Positions 19,592-29,016 of a stretch of 64,000 nt of DNA are shown here, in pieces. The notes below the pieces were generated by a model, which saw only the letters and a list, made by a program, of their open reading frames with translations, made no database searches and had not been told where the DNA came from. The position numbers and the translations under genes were made by a program. Each line of letters begins with the position of its first letter. The first letter of the stretch is position 1. The stretch comes from Candidatus Yanofskybacteria bacterium (lineage in GTDB: Bacteria > Patescibacteriota > Minisyncoccia > 2-02-FULL-40-12 > IGHO2-01-FULL-4-A), in assembly GCA_016181175.1 (NCBI GenBank), contig JACOZV010000003.1, positions 39,773 through 103,772 of the forward strand. Reading direction: 5' to 3'.

Positions 19592-20149
19592 TTAGGGCAT
19601 ATTACCATTTATGTGATTCTTCTGAATTATTCTAACTTTGGTTCCTATGGGTAAAAGATTTATTACTGCCGGCTCCTTTAAGCTTTCGCTGTTAATATCG
19701 TAGATTATGGTTGGCGATTTTTGCGTTAAAAGATTGAAAAGAATCCGCCCCGTGGCACTAAAACCAGCGGCGGTGATACCAGCAATAGCAGCGTTTTTTA
19801 TCTTACTTTCTGATGGTTGAATGCTTTTTGGCGGATCAATTACGCCCACTCTGGCAATAATTCCGCCGCTCGCTCCGCCGATGATAGCGGTAGTTCCCAC
19901 TCCGTCAATTAGATCTTTCGAATCTCTGACTGCCAAGCTCTCAATATCGGCCAAACCCAATTCAATGCTTTGTGATTTCTTGATCTCAATAACTATGCTT
20001 TTTGAGGGTTCTACCCTAACAATTCGCCCTTCAATGGCCACGGAGAATTCGGTCGCCCAAACGCTATTTGCACAGGAAAAAATCGCTAAAATTGCAACTG
20101 AATATACTAATAGCTTTTTCATCGGGTTCCTCCTTGCTATTATGCTCAT
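19592..20149 (-). CDS. secreted glycine-zipper protein
   Basis: Signal peptide and GTTAIIGGASGGIIARVG...AAIAGITAAGFSATG. Its start overlaps the stop of the upstream gene. Confidence 0.45.
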   Translation of the reverse strand: MSIIARRNPMKKLLVYSVAILAIFSCANSVWATEFSVAIEGRIVRVEPSKSIVIEIKKSQSIELGLADIESLAVRDSKDLIDGVGTTAIIGGASGGIIARVGVIDPPKSIQPSESKIKNAAIAGITAAGFSATGRILFNLLTQKSPTIIYDINSESLKEPAVINLLPIGTKVRIIQKNHINGNMP

Positions 20150-21945
20150 TCTACTCTCAACCTTGCCAACAAGACGGTAAAGTTTACCTCGTAAATTATG
20201 GCTTTTTCCCTAACCTCGTCGGTAACCGTCAGCTTTAACTGGTAATAACCGGTGGGCAACGGATTGTCCGTCGGCCAACCGAGCATAAAACTAGTCAGCC
20301 TCTGATAGTCCTTACTTACATCAATATACTTATTGGCCTCATTTATCATGAATCTACGTTCACGGACCAACTGTGGCTGATCGTCATTTTTGCTTGTATA
20401 GTAAAATATTTTTGACTCTACCGATATTTGCGGAATATCCTTTTTAAAAAGTGTTCCGGCGCTTGCCTCTTCAACTTTGTAACCCACTCCTTGCAAAAGT
20501 AAGACCATAACCGGATTTTCGTCGTCATAGAATACCAATTCAACACCAGAGTTTTTCCTAAATCGCAACAATTCCCTTTGGATTTTGGCAAACTCATTTG
20601 CTAACTGCTTTAAATTTTCCTCAAATTCGTTGACCAGGGTTTCAATTTCTCGCCGACCACCGGCATTTGAGTTAATCAAATTTAGAAACTGTTTCTTGTC
20701 ATTTTTTTTAGGCGACAGGGTGTTTTGCCAAACCGCTATCTTGTCGAATGCTTTTTGACCTTTTTCAGAAGTAAGAAGATCGTCTTTTACTTTGTTGTAA
20801 ATCTTATTTAAGGCGTCGGCTTGAGCAAAACTCAGTCGGCTGATTTTTGTGTTAAAAACTATGCTTACCAGTTCAAGATTGGCAAGCGCGGCGCCGCCTT
20901 TGGCATTTTCAGCAATGGCACCCAGACCGAATTGGTCCGCAAACCTGAACCTACCGGATAGCAATTGCTCAAGGACCTCTTCCGGTGTTCCGGCCATCTT
21001 GCTCTTGTAAGCAGCTACAAGTTGGTAGTCCTCAAATCCGGTTCCTTGGCTTTGGCACAGATTAGCCAACGCCAAATCGCGCATTTGGGGTTGTAGATAT
21101 TGATTTGAAACAAACCAGTCTAAGTTGGGATTCCTTTCCGCAAAAACAAACTGATAAGTTCCCTCTTGCCCGGTGTGATATTCAATAATCATAATTTTGG
21201 GCGGCGCGCTCAACTGAAAAGTTCCGGAAATTCTTTGTTGTGAATCTGGTCTCGAAGACTGTTGATCACCCAAATCACCAGAATTACCGGTATACATGCC
21301 ACCAGTGGGTGCAAAACACGTAGACGCGCTTAAAAGCATTTCTGTCCCGTCATTAATTTGAAAACTAAACCTCCCCATGGGTCCGACCCTGACATTCCTG
21401 GGGTCTGGATGGCCCATTTTTTCAACAACTACGTCCCTGCCATCCTTAAATTCTTTAGGCTGAGATTTGGTTTTATCTCTGAATCGCGGCGCCCTTTTTA
21501 ATTCCTGCTTTATTTTTTCAAACGAATCATCAATGACTCGTAAAATACCTAATACGGGCTCGTAATCTTCAGTAAGATTGGCCTCAAGATAAAGCTTTTC
21601 GGCTTCTTCCAATAAACTTTTGGAATTGTCAAGTATTTTTTCGGCTTGGCTGGTATTGACACCCTCCGCCCTTTTGGTGGCAAGAGTTATCTCGTTTTCT
21701 TTGAGTTTCTCCCACAGAGAATCAATTTCTTCTGTTGTTTGGGCTTTAGTTTTTATTCTTTTTTTGTTTTCTTTGGCAATTTTTTCCACGTCTTCATTTT
21801 CTTCCAATGCTACCTTCACCGCCTCTGGTGTTTTGGGCAGGCTAGAAGGAATAGGCGCTGTAGAACGTGAGTGGACACTGCATCCAATACAAGAAAAAAT
21901 AAAAACAGAAACAGATAGAAATAAAACCAAAAATGACTTATTCAC
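20146..21945 (-). CDS. hypothetical secreted lipoprotein (599 aa)
   Basis: Signal peptide with a Cys-containing lipobox-like end (FIFSCIGCS). Large, mostly helical, no recognisable domain. Confidence 0.45.
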   Translation of the reverse strand: MNKSFLVLFLSVSVFIFSCIGCSVHSRSTAPIPSSLPKTPEAVKVALEENEDVEKIAKENKKRIKTKAQTTEEIDSLWEKLKENEITLATKRAEGVNTSQAEKILDNSKSLLEEAEKLYLEANLTEDYEPVLGILRVIDDSFEKIKQELKRAPRFRDKTKSQPKEFKDGRDVVVEKMGHPDPRNVRVGPMGRFSFQINDGTEMLLSASTCFAPTGGMYTGNSGDLGDQQSSRPDSQQRISGTFQLSAPPKIMIIEYHTGQEGTYQFVFAERNPNLDWFVSNQYLQPQMRDLALANLCQSQGTGFEDYQLVAAYKSKMAGTPEEVLEQLLSGRFRFADQFGLGAIAENAKGGAALANLELVSIVFNTKISRLSFAQADALNKIYNKVKDDLLTSEKGQKAFDKIAVWQNTLSPKKNDKKQFLNLINSNAGGRREIETLVNEFEENLKQLANEFAKIQRELLRFRKNSGVELVFYDDENPVMVLLLQGVGYKVEEASAGTLFKKDIPQISVESKIFYYTSKNDDQPQLVRERRFMINEANKYIDVSKDYQRLTSFMLGWPTDNPLPTGYYQLKLTVTDEVREKAIIYEVNFTVLLARLRVE

Positions 21946-22083
21946 TTACTACCTCGCTTTTTGTTGTTAATGTTCTTGTTTAATTTACGTTATTACTTTC
22001 TGGATACGGGGTCAACCCGTCCAAATTTTTGGGCTGGCATCAGAAACATAAAAGCCGAAGGCATGTTCAAAAACTTGGGCGGG

Positions 22084-22449
22084 CTAAACGTTTTTAAAAT
22101 GTTTGATTTTTGCTTTTTTATTAACTCTGTCAAAAACCACAGATATTACATCGATCTGCCATTCCAAATCCATGCCGCACAATTCATGCTCAAGATATAA
22201 CATAGCGGTACGTTTAATTTTTGCCATTTTTTTCCAATCAACCCTGACTTCAGGGTTAAAATCACCCTCAAATTCTTGGCTGTTTGACTTAACCTCAACA
22301 AAAATCACCACTTCATCTTTGCGGGCAATTATATCTATCTCTCCCCACGGCTTACGATAATTTTTATCAACCACTTCGTATCCCCCGACTTCAAGATATC
22401 TTGCCGCAATATTTTCTGCGAAAAATCCCAGTTCTTTGGAGTTAAGCAT
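22084..22449 (-). CDS. YraN-family (UPF0102) predicted endonuclease
   Basis: GFFAENIAARYLEVGGYEVVDKNYR...GEIDIIARKDEVVIFVEVK matches the YraN pattern. The likely start is MLNSKELG. Confidence 0.7.
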   Translation of the reverse strand: MLNSKELGFFAENIAARYLEVGGYEVVDKNYRKPWGEIDIIARKDEVVIFVEVKSNSQEFEGDFNPEVRVDWKKMAKIKRTAMLYLEHELCGMDLEWQIDVISVVFDRVNKKAKIKHFKNV

Positions 22450-22565
22450 GAACCTAGTATTGTGAATTATAAACCAATAATCAAGCCACTGAACCATGAC
22501 AACCTATTGACAAATTTAGTATATAGCTTTAAAATAGAATAGTGGTATTTTAAGGAGACAAATCT

Positions 22566-22943
22566 ATGTATCCAGAGTTTCAGTTAATACACCGAGAGTA
22601 TGGAAGGGTTGGTGGGGGTTCGGACAGCAAAGCAGAGTTTCCGTTAAGTTCATTGAAAATAGAAAAAGGTGGATGGTTTACATATGCCTCTTTGAAGTTA
22701 AGAGGGGTAAATGGCGAAGAGTTTGATGTTTCTTTTTATGAATGTTGCGCGCCAGAAAGGTTTAAATTTGAAGTGGATAATTCTAAAAAGCATATTACTG
22801 TTCTAATTTTTTTACGCGTTATTGTTGTTGCCCCTGAAGATGGCACTAGAAGTTTTGATATTAAATTTGTTGGTCCTGATGATAAAATAAGGAGCTTAAA
22901 AAGGAAAATATATGAAAGTCAAGGATTTGTTTTTGTTGATTAA
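22566..22943 (+). CDS. hypothetical protein
   Basis: 125-aa ORF with a good SD (aaggag, 8 nt upstream) and a terminator hairpin (gccgag-aaaacc-tcggc + T-run) at 22952-22975. Confidence 0.45.
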   Translation: MYPEFQLIHREYGRVGGGSDSKAEFPLSSLKIEKGGWFTYASLKLRGVNGEEFDVSFYECCAPERFKFEVDNSKKHITVLIFLRVIVVAPEDGTRSFDIKFVGPDDKIRSLKRKIYESQGFVFVD

Positions 22944-23197
22944 AAAATTATTGCCGAGAAAACCTCGGCTTTTGTATTAACTAATTATCAACTTATGCCT
23001 CTTGACTTACCTACTACACATTGCTACTCTTAACTCTAGATTCTCGCGAGAGAATCGTTATTGTTTTCAGCAATATTTCAACATTCTAGCTAGTAACCGC
23101 AAACCGATAGCTGGAAATTAACCTTATTAAAACACTTATAAATAATACTTTTTTTGGGCAATTTTTAAAAAACGAGAGAGTCGGATTTTTTGTTGTT

Positions 23198-24196
23198 ATG
23201 AGTCTAGCTATTATTGTATTGATTTTTAAAGGTTCGTCAGAGGGTCAGAGAAGTGTTCTTGGTAACCTACTAACAAGCTATGTAGAAGAAACCGCTGCTT
23301 CAGTAATCACTATCCCATCCCAAAACCAGCTTGCTGACATTAATAGCCTCGCTGCCTATGCCGGAACTGAACGCATGCCAAAGCCGTCCGTACTTAACAC
23401 AATTCAAGACAACTCTCTCGTTTCGCGAGGAACAATTTTGACAGATATTCTTGATGAATTTTTAGATAGAGGATCTCAAATAGCAATCTATACTGTACAA
23501 GAGGGCGATACCCTCTCTTTTATTGCTTCTGACTATGGCGTGAGCATTAACACTATAATTTGGGCAAATAATCTTAGCGATGCCGATGCAATTAGACCCG
23601 GTATGGATTTGAAAATACCGCCAGTTACAGGAGTCATACACAAGGTTAAAAAAGGCGATACCGTTGCTTCGTTGGCCAAAAAATATGGGGTAAAAGAAGA
23701 AGAAATAGTTAGTTTTAACGGTTTGCCGTTAAGCGGAGACCTGCAAACAGATGAAGAAATTATAATTCCTGGTGGAAAAATAAATACGCCCAAAGCTCCT
23801 CTCCAACAAAGCACAGCTCCAAGATTCGCCTATTTACCAACATTAGCGGGTTACTTCATCCAACCGGCTACAGGCTATAATTGGGGCAGGATCCACGGAA
23901 GGAACGGCGTAGATGTAGCTAATTCATGCGGTACGCCGATATACGCCGCCGCCAATGGCAGAGTAACTATATCTGATGCTGTGGGTTATAATGGCGGCTT
24001 TGGCAAATTTATTAAGGTAAATCACCCCAATGGCACCGAAACTCTTTATGCTCATGCCAGCCGATTATTGGCCAATGTCGGAGATTTTGTTGCACGCGGT
24101 CAGCAAATTGCAGTTATGGGTTCTACTGGCCGTTCCACTGGCTGCCACGTCCATTTTGAAGTACACGGAGCGAAGAATCCATTGGCAAAATATTAG
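23198..24196 (+). CDS. LysM-domain M23 family metallopeptidase
   Basis: Two LysM repeats (YTVQEGDTLSFIASDYGVS...; HKVKKGDTVASLAKKYGV...) and M23 catalytic motifs (GVDVA...GTPIYAAANGRV...HVHFEV). Confidence 0.85.
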   Translation: MSLAIIVLIFKGSSEGQRSVLGNLLTSYVEETAASVITIPSQNQLADINSLAAYAGTERMPKPSVLNTIQDNSLVSRGTILTDILDEFLDRGSQIAIYTVQEGDTLSFIASDYGVSINTIIWANNLSDADAIRPGMDLKIPPVTGVIHKVKKGDTVASLAKKYGVKEEEIVSFNGLPLSGDLQTDEEIIIPGGKINTPKAPLQQSTAPRFAYLPTLAGYFIQPATGYNWGRIHGRNGVDVANSCGTPIYAAANGRVTISDAVGYNGGFGKFIKVNHPNGTETLYAHASRLLANVGDFVARGQQIAVMGSTGRSTGCHVHFEVHGAKNPLAKY

Positions 24197-24275
24197 AGAT
24201 GGTTTCAAAATCCTATTTCTACTGCAATCTCTAAAGGTTTTGAAACCATCTCTAGAAGGGGAGGGACCTTTGAAA

Positions 24276-24608
24276 ATGATTGAAGAAAAAGACGGCTATC
24301 GTGAAAAATATCTGGGAAAACCCGCTATATTTTCAATACCCTCGTCAAAACTTGAAAAAGTAGAGTACGAAATACACGCTTTTCTGGAGAAAAGTTACGG
24401 CCACGCCTGGAGCCGAACAGAAAAAGTTAAGGGCTTCTGGATGGGAAAACCAGATGGCGAATACACAAAATTTGAGATTTCTTTTGTTGGTAAAGAAAGG
24501 ATTCCGAATCTTAAAAAATTTTTAGCCAAAATCGCCAAAAAGATAGGGGAGGAATGCATTTACTTACTCACTGGAGCTGATTCCTGGTACGTATATCCAC
24601 CTAAATAA
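24276..24608 (+). CDS. hypothetical protein
   Basis: The ATG is preceded by a strong SD (aggggaggg). The longer track ORF 24030..24608 overlaps the M23 gene and is presumably an artefactual extension. A terminator follows at 24609-24630 (agccagc-ttt-gctgg + T-run). Confidence 0.45.
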   Translation: MIEEKDGYREKYLGKPAIFSIPSSKLEKVEYEIHAFLEKSYGHAWSRTEKVKGFWMGKPDGEYTKFEISFVGKERIPNLKKFLAKIAKKIGEECIYLLTGADSWYVYPPK

Positions 24609-24957
24609 GCCAGCTTTGCTGGTTTTTTGTTTACCCTCACTTGTTTACAAAGGCGGGGTTTCCCATGAAACATTGATGGACGAATGAGCCGGTATTTAGC
24701 ATTTCGTCATTCATCCCGTTAGAGAGCCCGCTATTTAAAAGATGATTGTTATTCGATGGATTACCTAACTAATATAACACTCTCTAACGGGATTCATCTG
24801 CCGACTAATAAATTAACGGATTGAGCGTATGATTGTTACGCTAGAAATATGCGGGCCCCGGAGTCAGAAGACGAAGGGGGAATGGATAACCGCATATTTT
24901 TAGTAACAATAGCTCAAGGAGGAAAATTTATAAGAAGGCATGATGTTGAAAGAAATG

Positions 24958-26526
24958 TTAAATACCGGCAAATGAGTCGTTTTCTGGGCGAATACGGTAC
25001 GCTATAGCTTCGGCCACATGATTGGCCTGTATAATTTCACTATCAGCCAAATCGGCGATTGTGCGCGCAATTTTGAGAATTTTGTGGTAGCCACGTCCAG
25101 AAAGACTGTGAGATACAACTGCGTTTTTAACCAGTTCCTCGGCTTCCGCAGTAAGCTGGCAGAATTTTTTAATATCTTTAGGACCCATCTCGCTATTCGT
25201 ATGCAATTTGGCATCAATAAATCTGTCCTGCTGTATTTTTCTTGTTTTTGCCACGATTTGCCTAATTTCACAGCTAGTTTGGCCACTTTTTTCACTAGTC
25301 AAATTGGCATAAGTTTCACGAGGAACACTTATTTGAATATCGATACGATCAAGCATGGGACCAGAAATTTTTCGCTGATATTTATAAATCTCATGTGCCG
25401 AACACACGCAAGGCTTAACTTCATCACCATAATTACCGCAAGGGCATGGATTCATGGCGGCCACAAGCATAAACCTGGCAGGAAATCTTACGGAACTTGA
25501 AGCGCGTGAAACGACAACTTCGCCACCTTCCATTGGTTGGCGAAGCGCCTCAATAACATTTCGCGGAAATTCAGGAAATTCATCAAGAAATAACACGCCG
25601 CGATGAGCAAGAGAAATTTCACCTGGCTTTGGCCACGTGCCTCCGCCAACCACTGCAACGGCTGAAGTAGAATGGTGTGGATTGCGGAATGGACGCTCAA
25701 AAATTATCGCTTGGTTCTTTATGAGACCACAAATGCTGTATATTTTTGTCACTTCTAGCGCCTCATCTCTGCTCATTTCTGGCAAAATACTTGAAAGGGC
25801 TCTAGCCAAAAGCGTCTTGCCGGTACCAGGCGAGCCATGCATCAACAAATTGTGGCCACCGCTAGCAGCAATTATTAGGGCCCTCTTGGCACTTTCTTGT
25901 CCCTTCACGTGGGAAATATCAAAATCACCACAATCGTAGCTCTGCGAGCCATTTTTTACCAAATAATCATAATCTAAATGTTCTGCTGGAGAAATTACGG
26001 TCTTGCCTTCAAGATACCCGGTTAATTCCGTTAAATTATTTATACCAATTATATTAATTCCACCAACAACTGAAGCTTCAACGGTATTTTCTTTGGGTAA
26101 AATTATTTCCTTAAACCCTTTGGCCTGTGCCATCAGCGTTACCGATAAAACACCATTTATTTTACGCACAGAGCCGTCAAGCGACAATTCCCCAAGAAAA
26201 ATTCTGTTTTTATGTTCAAATTTTATTTGTTTAGTTGTAAGCAAATAACCCAACGCAATCGGTAAATCGTAAGCAGGTCCTTCTTTCTTGATATCCGCTG
26301 GCGCAAGATTGACGATTATTCTTTGGTTTTTCTTATTGGGCGCAATAAAACCGCTATTTTTGATAGCGGAGCCAATTCTATCTTTAGACTCCTCGACTGA
26401 TTTATCAGGGAGCCCAACAATATTTAGTGAATGAAGTCCAGGTGTAGAATCAACTTCAACCTCTACGGTAAGAGCGTCGAGGCCAGTAACAGCGGCCGAA
26501 AAAACTTTAACAGATGGCATTCCCAA
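24958..26526 (-). CDS. YifB/ComM family Mg-chelatase-like AAA+ ATPase
   Basis: N-terminal Lon-protease-like domain, Walker A GSPGTGKT, C-terminal Mg-chelatase region. The full-length layout is typical. Confidence 0.9.
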   Translation of the reverse strand: MGMPSVKVFSAAVTGLDALTVEVEVDSTPGLHSLNIVGLPDKSVEESKDRIGSAIKNSGFIAPNKKNQRIIVNLAPADIKKEGPAYDLPIALGYLLTTKQIKFEHKNRIFLGELSLDGSVRKINGVLSVTLMAQAKGFKEIILPKENTVEASVVGGINIIGINNLTELTGYLEGKTVISPAEHLDYDYLVKNGSQSYDCGDFDISHVKGQESAKRALIIAASGGHNLLMHGSPGTGKTLLARALSSILPEMSRDEALEVTKIYSICGLIKNQAIIFERPFRNPHHSTSAVAVVGGGTWPKPGEISLAHRGVLFLDEFPEFPRNVIEALRQPMEGGEVVVSRASSSVRFPARFMLVAAMNPCPCGNYGDEVKPCVCSAHEIYKYQRKISGPMLDRIDIQISVPRETYANLTSEKSGQTSCEIRQIVAKTRKIQQDRFIDAKLHTNSEMGPKDIKKFCQLTAEAEELVKNAVVSHSLSGRGYHKILKIARTIADLADSEIIQANHVAEAIAYRIRPENDSFAGI

Positions 26527-26618
26527 AGCAAATTAGCATTCCTCCTAATCAGCTAATCGATTACCTTTGATTTTCTTAATTGCACTTTTCCACTCACGTT
26601 TCTCTATCTAAAAAGAGT

Positions 26619-27023
26619 TTATAATAACTTTACTTTTTTGGCACAATCAACACAAAACTTAGCTACTGGTATAACTTTTAAGCGCCTTACATCAATAGGG
26701 GATGAGCAATTCTCACAAATACCATAAGATTCTTTGTCTATTTTCCCAAGAGTCTCGTTGATTTCACGTAAACGCAATTCAAGATTCTGTTCAACCGCCC
26801 TTTCTTGCTCAGAATCAGTTACGCTGTGAGCTTTTTCATCAGAAGTATCTGACTGATCAACAGCATGGAAGTGTGATTTATAGTCACCCCTAACAACTGG
26901 GTTTTCTGTAGTAAATTCGCCTAGTAATTTTTCAATATTTACCTTTTCGGTTAATAAATCTTCTTTTAATTTTTTTTGTTCTTCTTTGTCCACCCCGTTA
27001 GAAGTAGTAACAGCGGTATGCAA
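26619..27023 (-). CDS. DksA/TraR family C4-type zinc-finger protein
   Basis: A coiled-coil region followed by CENCSSPI...CVDCA (four Cys, DksA-like). The apparent start codon is TTG. Confidence 0.7.
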   Translation of the reverse strand: MHTAVTTSNGVDKEEQKKLKEDLLTEKVNIEKLLGEFTTENPVVRGDYKSHFHAVDQSDTSDEKAHSVTDSEQERAVEQNLELRLREINETLGKIDKESYGICENCSSPIDVRRLKVIPVAKFCVDCAKKVKLL

Positions 27024-27103
27024 GTTTTACTTACAGTCGCTGTTTAACTTTGATAAAATAATAATTTTGGCTCGCAAACCCGTTAGGGCTACTTCTAACG
27101 GGG
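26993..27103 (-). promoter_or_regulatory. candidate 5'-leader regulatory structure: 15-nt perfect complementarity between the leader and codons 6-10 of the DksA-family gene, competing with a local leader hairpin
   Basis: ccccgttagaagtag (26993-27007, in the CDS) is the exact reverse complement of ctacttctaacgggg (27089-27103, in the leader). The leader segment also forms a local hairpin, cccgttag/ctaacggg. Confidence 0.4.
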
Positions 27104-27477
27104 TCCATAGTGTTTTAGAATAAACTCAAAAAGAAATTGTAGCACGAGATATTATATGTAGGCAAGAAAAAAACGGGCATCGAGGCCCAGAAACAAAAGT
27201 TGCTTAGAGGCTGACACCCGTAGTGCCTGCCCAAGTTTCTAGAAACACCGTTACATCAACACTAACTTAGGTGCTAGTCTAAAAACTTGAGCAGGCTGCA
27301 AAACTGCCGGTCGTTCCATCACATCGGAACAACTAGCCAAAAAGAGAACTATACTTAGTATAAATGCCCCCAAGAATGATGACAAGTAAAATCTGTGGAT
27401 AAGTTGTCATCATTAATCACTAAATTACCCTTAAAAACAAGGATATCTTACAATGATGTCAATGATGTCAACACTTT

Positions 27478-27520
27478 AATAACAATGGTGTCGGGTAACC
27501 CGACACCATTGTTATTATTA
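27478..27520 (-). terminator. long perfect hairpin downstream of the 27543..28934 gene (likely bidirectional terminator)
   Basis: aataacaatggtgtcggg-taac-ccgacaccattgttatt, an 18-bp stem. Confidence 0.6.
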
Positions 27521-27542
27521 AGAAATATATTTTTAAGTACTG

Positions 27543-28934
27543 CTACTTAATCTTATCTATTACTCCAAATATGTGGTCCCTAGAATTAACCAAAACGAGA
27601 TAGGCATCGTTATTTTTTGCTAGAATTACCGAATAATCAATCGTTAAATTATGATCTGGAAAGTTAATATATCTAATTGCTGTCCCGTTGTAAGTATTAT
27701 CTAAGAATACCATGGATGATGCCTTGGATTGGTCAAATTGAAGCATGTTAACTAACGTTTGTTTCATTGTGTCTTCCCAATTTTTTAAGATTGTACGCAC
27801 TATTGGGGTCATATCTGTGCTTTGAATTTTTACAATAAAACCAGGGCTAATAGTACCATCTATTTTGGGCATAAAAGTCAACCAAAAGTTTTTATCATCA
27901 ATCAAGGTTTTCAATTCTAACGGTAAATTAGCTAACATACCATCCATAAATTCTTCAAATCCATACCGCTTAGTCCCATCTACATTATTAACCTTGTAAA
28001 TTCCAATCTCCCCGGATGAAATCAATGAATCAAGCTTTCCAGAACTGGAAAACTGGCTTACTAGGGTCGCAGGTGCAGTACCTCCAATTGAAAAATTTAC
28101 CGAATCCACCACCGAAAACAGGTTTTCAATAGAAATTGGCGTGACAGTTGGTGAAGTAGAAGGAGATGGACTAAATATTGGCGTAGGTATTGTTTGACTA
28201 CGATAAACAAAAAATTCAGTAATAGCAGCAATTAAAACTACCAGACCAATAATAATAAAAAGCGTCCTTTTTGAACCAGCTTTGTCAAATTTACTCCAAA
28301 AACTACCTGTGGACGGTATATTCAATGAAGGCTTCGTTAAGCTAATAGGGGGCATCGTCGGCTGCATCGTCGGCTGTGAAACTCTTGGCAAAACTGCTGG
28401 CGGAATAGCTGTGCCTGGCAATGGCTTGGCTTTTTCAAGCTTACCAAGCTCAACGTGAGATATTGGTGATAGTGGTATTTTTGTTGGAATAGGTTCAGGC
28501 ATTGTTTTAACTTCTTTTTCCGATTCTTTTTCTATTTTAAAACCGGCTGGTGTCTGGCCTTTTTTGATAGCTCCCAGATCGTCCAGCATTGTCCTAATTG
28601 AAGATTTAAAAACAGTAGATGGTTGACTCTGTTGAGTAACTGGCGGCAACGTAGGAACTGTGGGTCTGGAAAATCCTGGCGTTGAAGGTCGTGGTGGTAT
28701 TGGCATGGTAGGTATAGCCGGCCTAACAAAAGTGGAAGTTGGTGATTTCGTTTCACTAATCGGCAAATTAGGCGGAATTTTAATATCCGGGGTTAGAGGA
28801 CTTGCTTTGCCCTCCATAGCTACAGGCGAAGGAGGGTTCACGCTGGGTTTGGGCGGCGTTGTTACGCTTGGAAAAGAAGGGGGTGGCGGTAAACTAGTCG
28901 ACCTAGAAACTGGCGGTTTTATTTCATCGGCCAT
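27543..28934 (-). CDS. proline-rich single-pass membrane protein with C-terminal globular domain
   Basis: The N-terminus is P/S/T-rich (PPPSFPSVTTPPKPS...), followed by a TM helix (LFIIIGLVVLIAAITEFFV) and then a structured C-terminal domain. Confidence 0.5.
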   Translation of the reverse strand: MADEIKPPVSRSTSLPPPPSFPSVTTPPKPSVNPPSPVAMEGKASPLTPDIKIPPNLPISETKSPTSTFVRPAIPTMPIPPRPSTPGFSRPTVPTLPPVTQQSQPSTVFKSSIRTMLDDLGAIKKGQTPAGFKIEKESEKEVKTMPEPIPTKIPLSPISHVELGKLEKAKPLPGTAIPPAVLPRVSQPTMQPTMPPISLTKPSLNIPSTGSFWSKFDKAGSKRTLFIIIGLVVLIAAITEFFVYRSQTIPTPIFSPSPSTSPTVTPISIENLFSVVDSVNFSIGGTAPATLVSQFSSSGKLDSLISSGEIGIYKVNNVDGTKRYGFEEFMDGMLANLPLELKTLIDDKNFWLTFMPKIDGTISPGFIVKIQSTDMTPIVRTILKNWEDTMKQTLVNMLQFDQSKASSMVFLDNTYNGTAIRYINFPDHNLTIDYSVILAKNNDAYLVLVNSRDHIFGVIDKIK

Positions 28935-28941
28935 TTGCGGA

Positions 28942-29016
28942 AGGTTTTAGGTTTTAGGTTTTAGGTTTTAGTAAAATTTATAAATCTAAAAACTAACGCC
29001 TAACAGCTAACACCTA
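28942..29016. repeat. two heptad-periodic tandem repeats, (AGGTTTT)x4 and (CTAACNN)x3-4, 8 nt upstream of the start codon of the Pro-rich membrane protein gene
   Basis: aggttttaggttttaggttttaggttttag at 28942-28971, and ctaacgcctaacagctaacacctaa at about 28990-29014. Confidence 0.7.

Noticed and set aside
24030-24608. 192-aa ORF overlapping the end of the LysM-M23 gene
   Set aside because: The N-terminal 80 aa overlap the M23 CDS in another frame. A strong SD plus ATG at 24276 indicates the real gene is the C-terminal 110 aa only.
27040-27540. Possibility that this noncoding block is tmRNA, RNase P RNA or SRP RNA
   Set aside because: It has no tRNA-like 3' end, no GGAAAGUCCGGGC-type RNase P core and no SRP domain-IV motif. 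The real tmRNA was found at 43647-43998 next to smpB.
28942-28969. (AGGTTTT)n read as a telomere-like repeat
   Set aside because: It superficially resembles plant/ciliate telomeric heptamers, but there are only four copies, inside a bacterial gene-dense region 8 nt from a start codon. I treat it as a promoter-proximal simple repeat.
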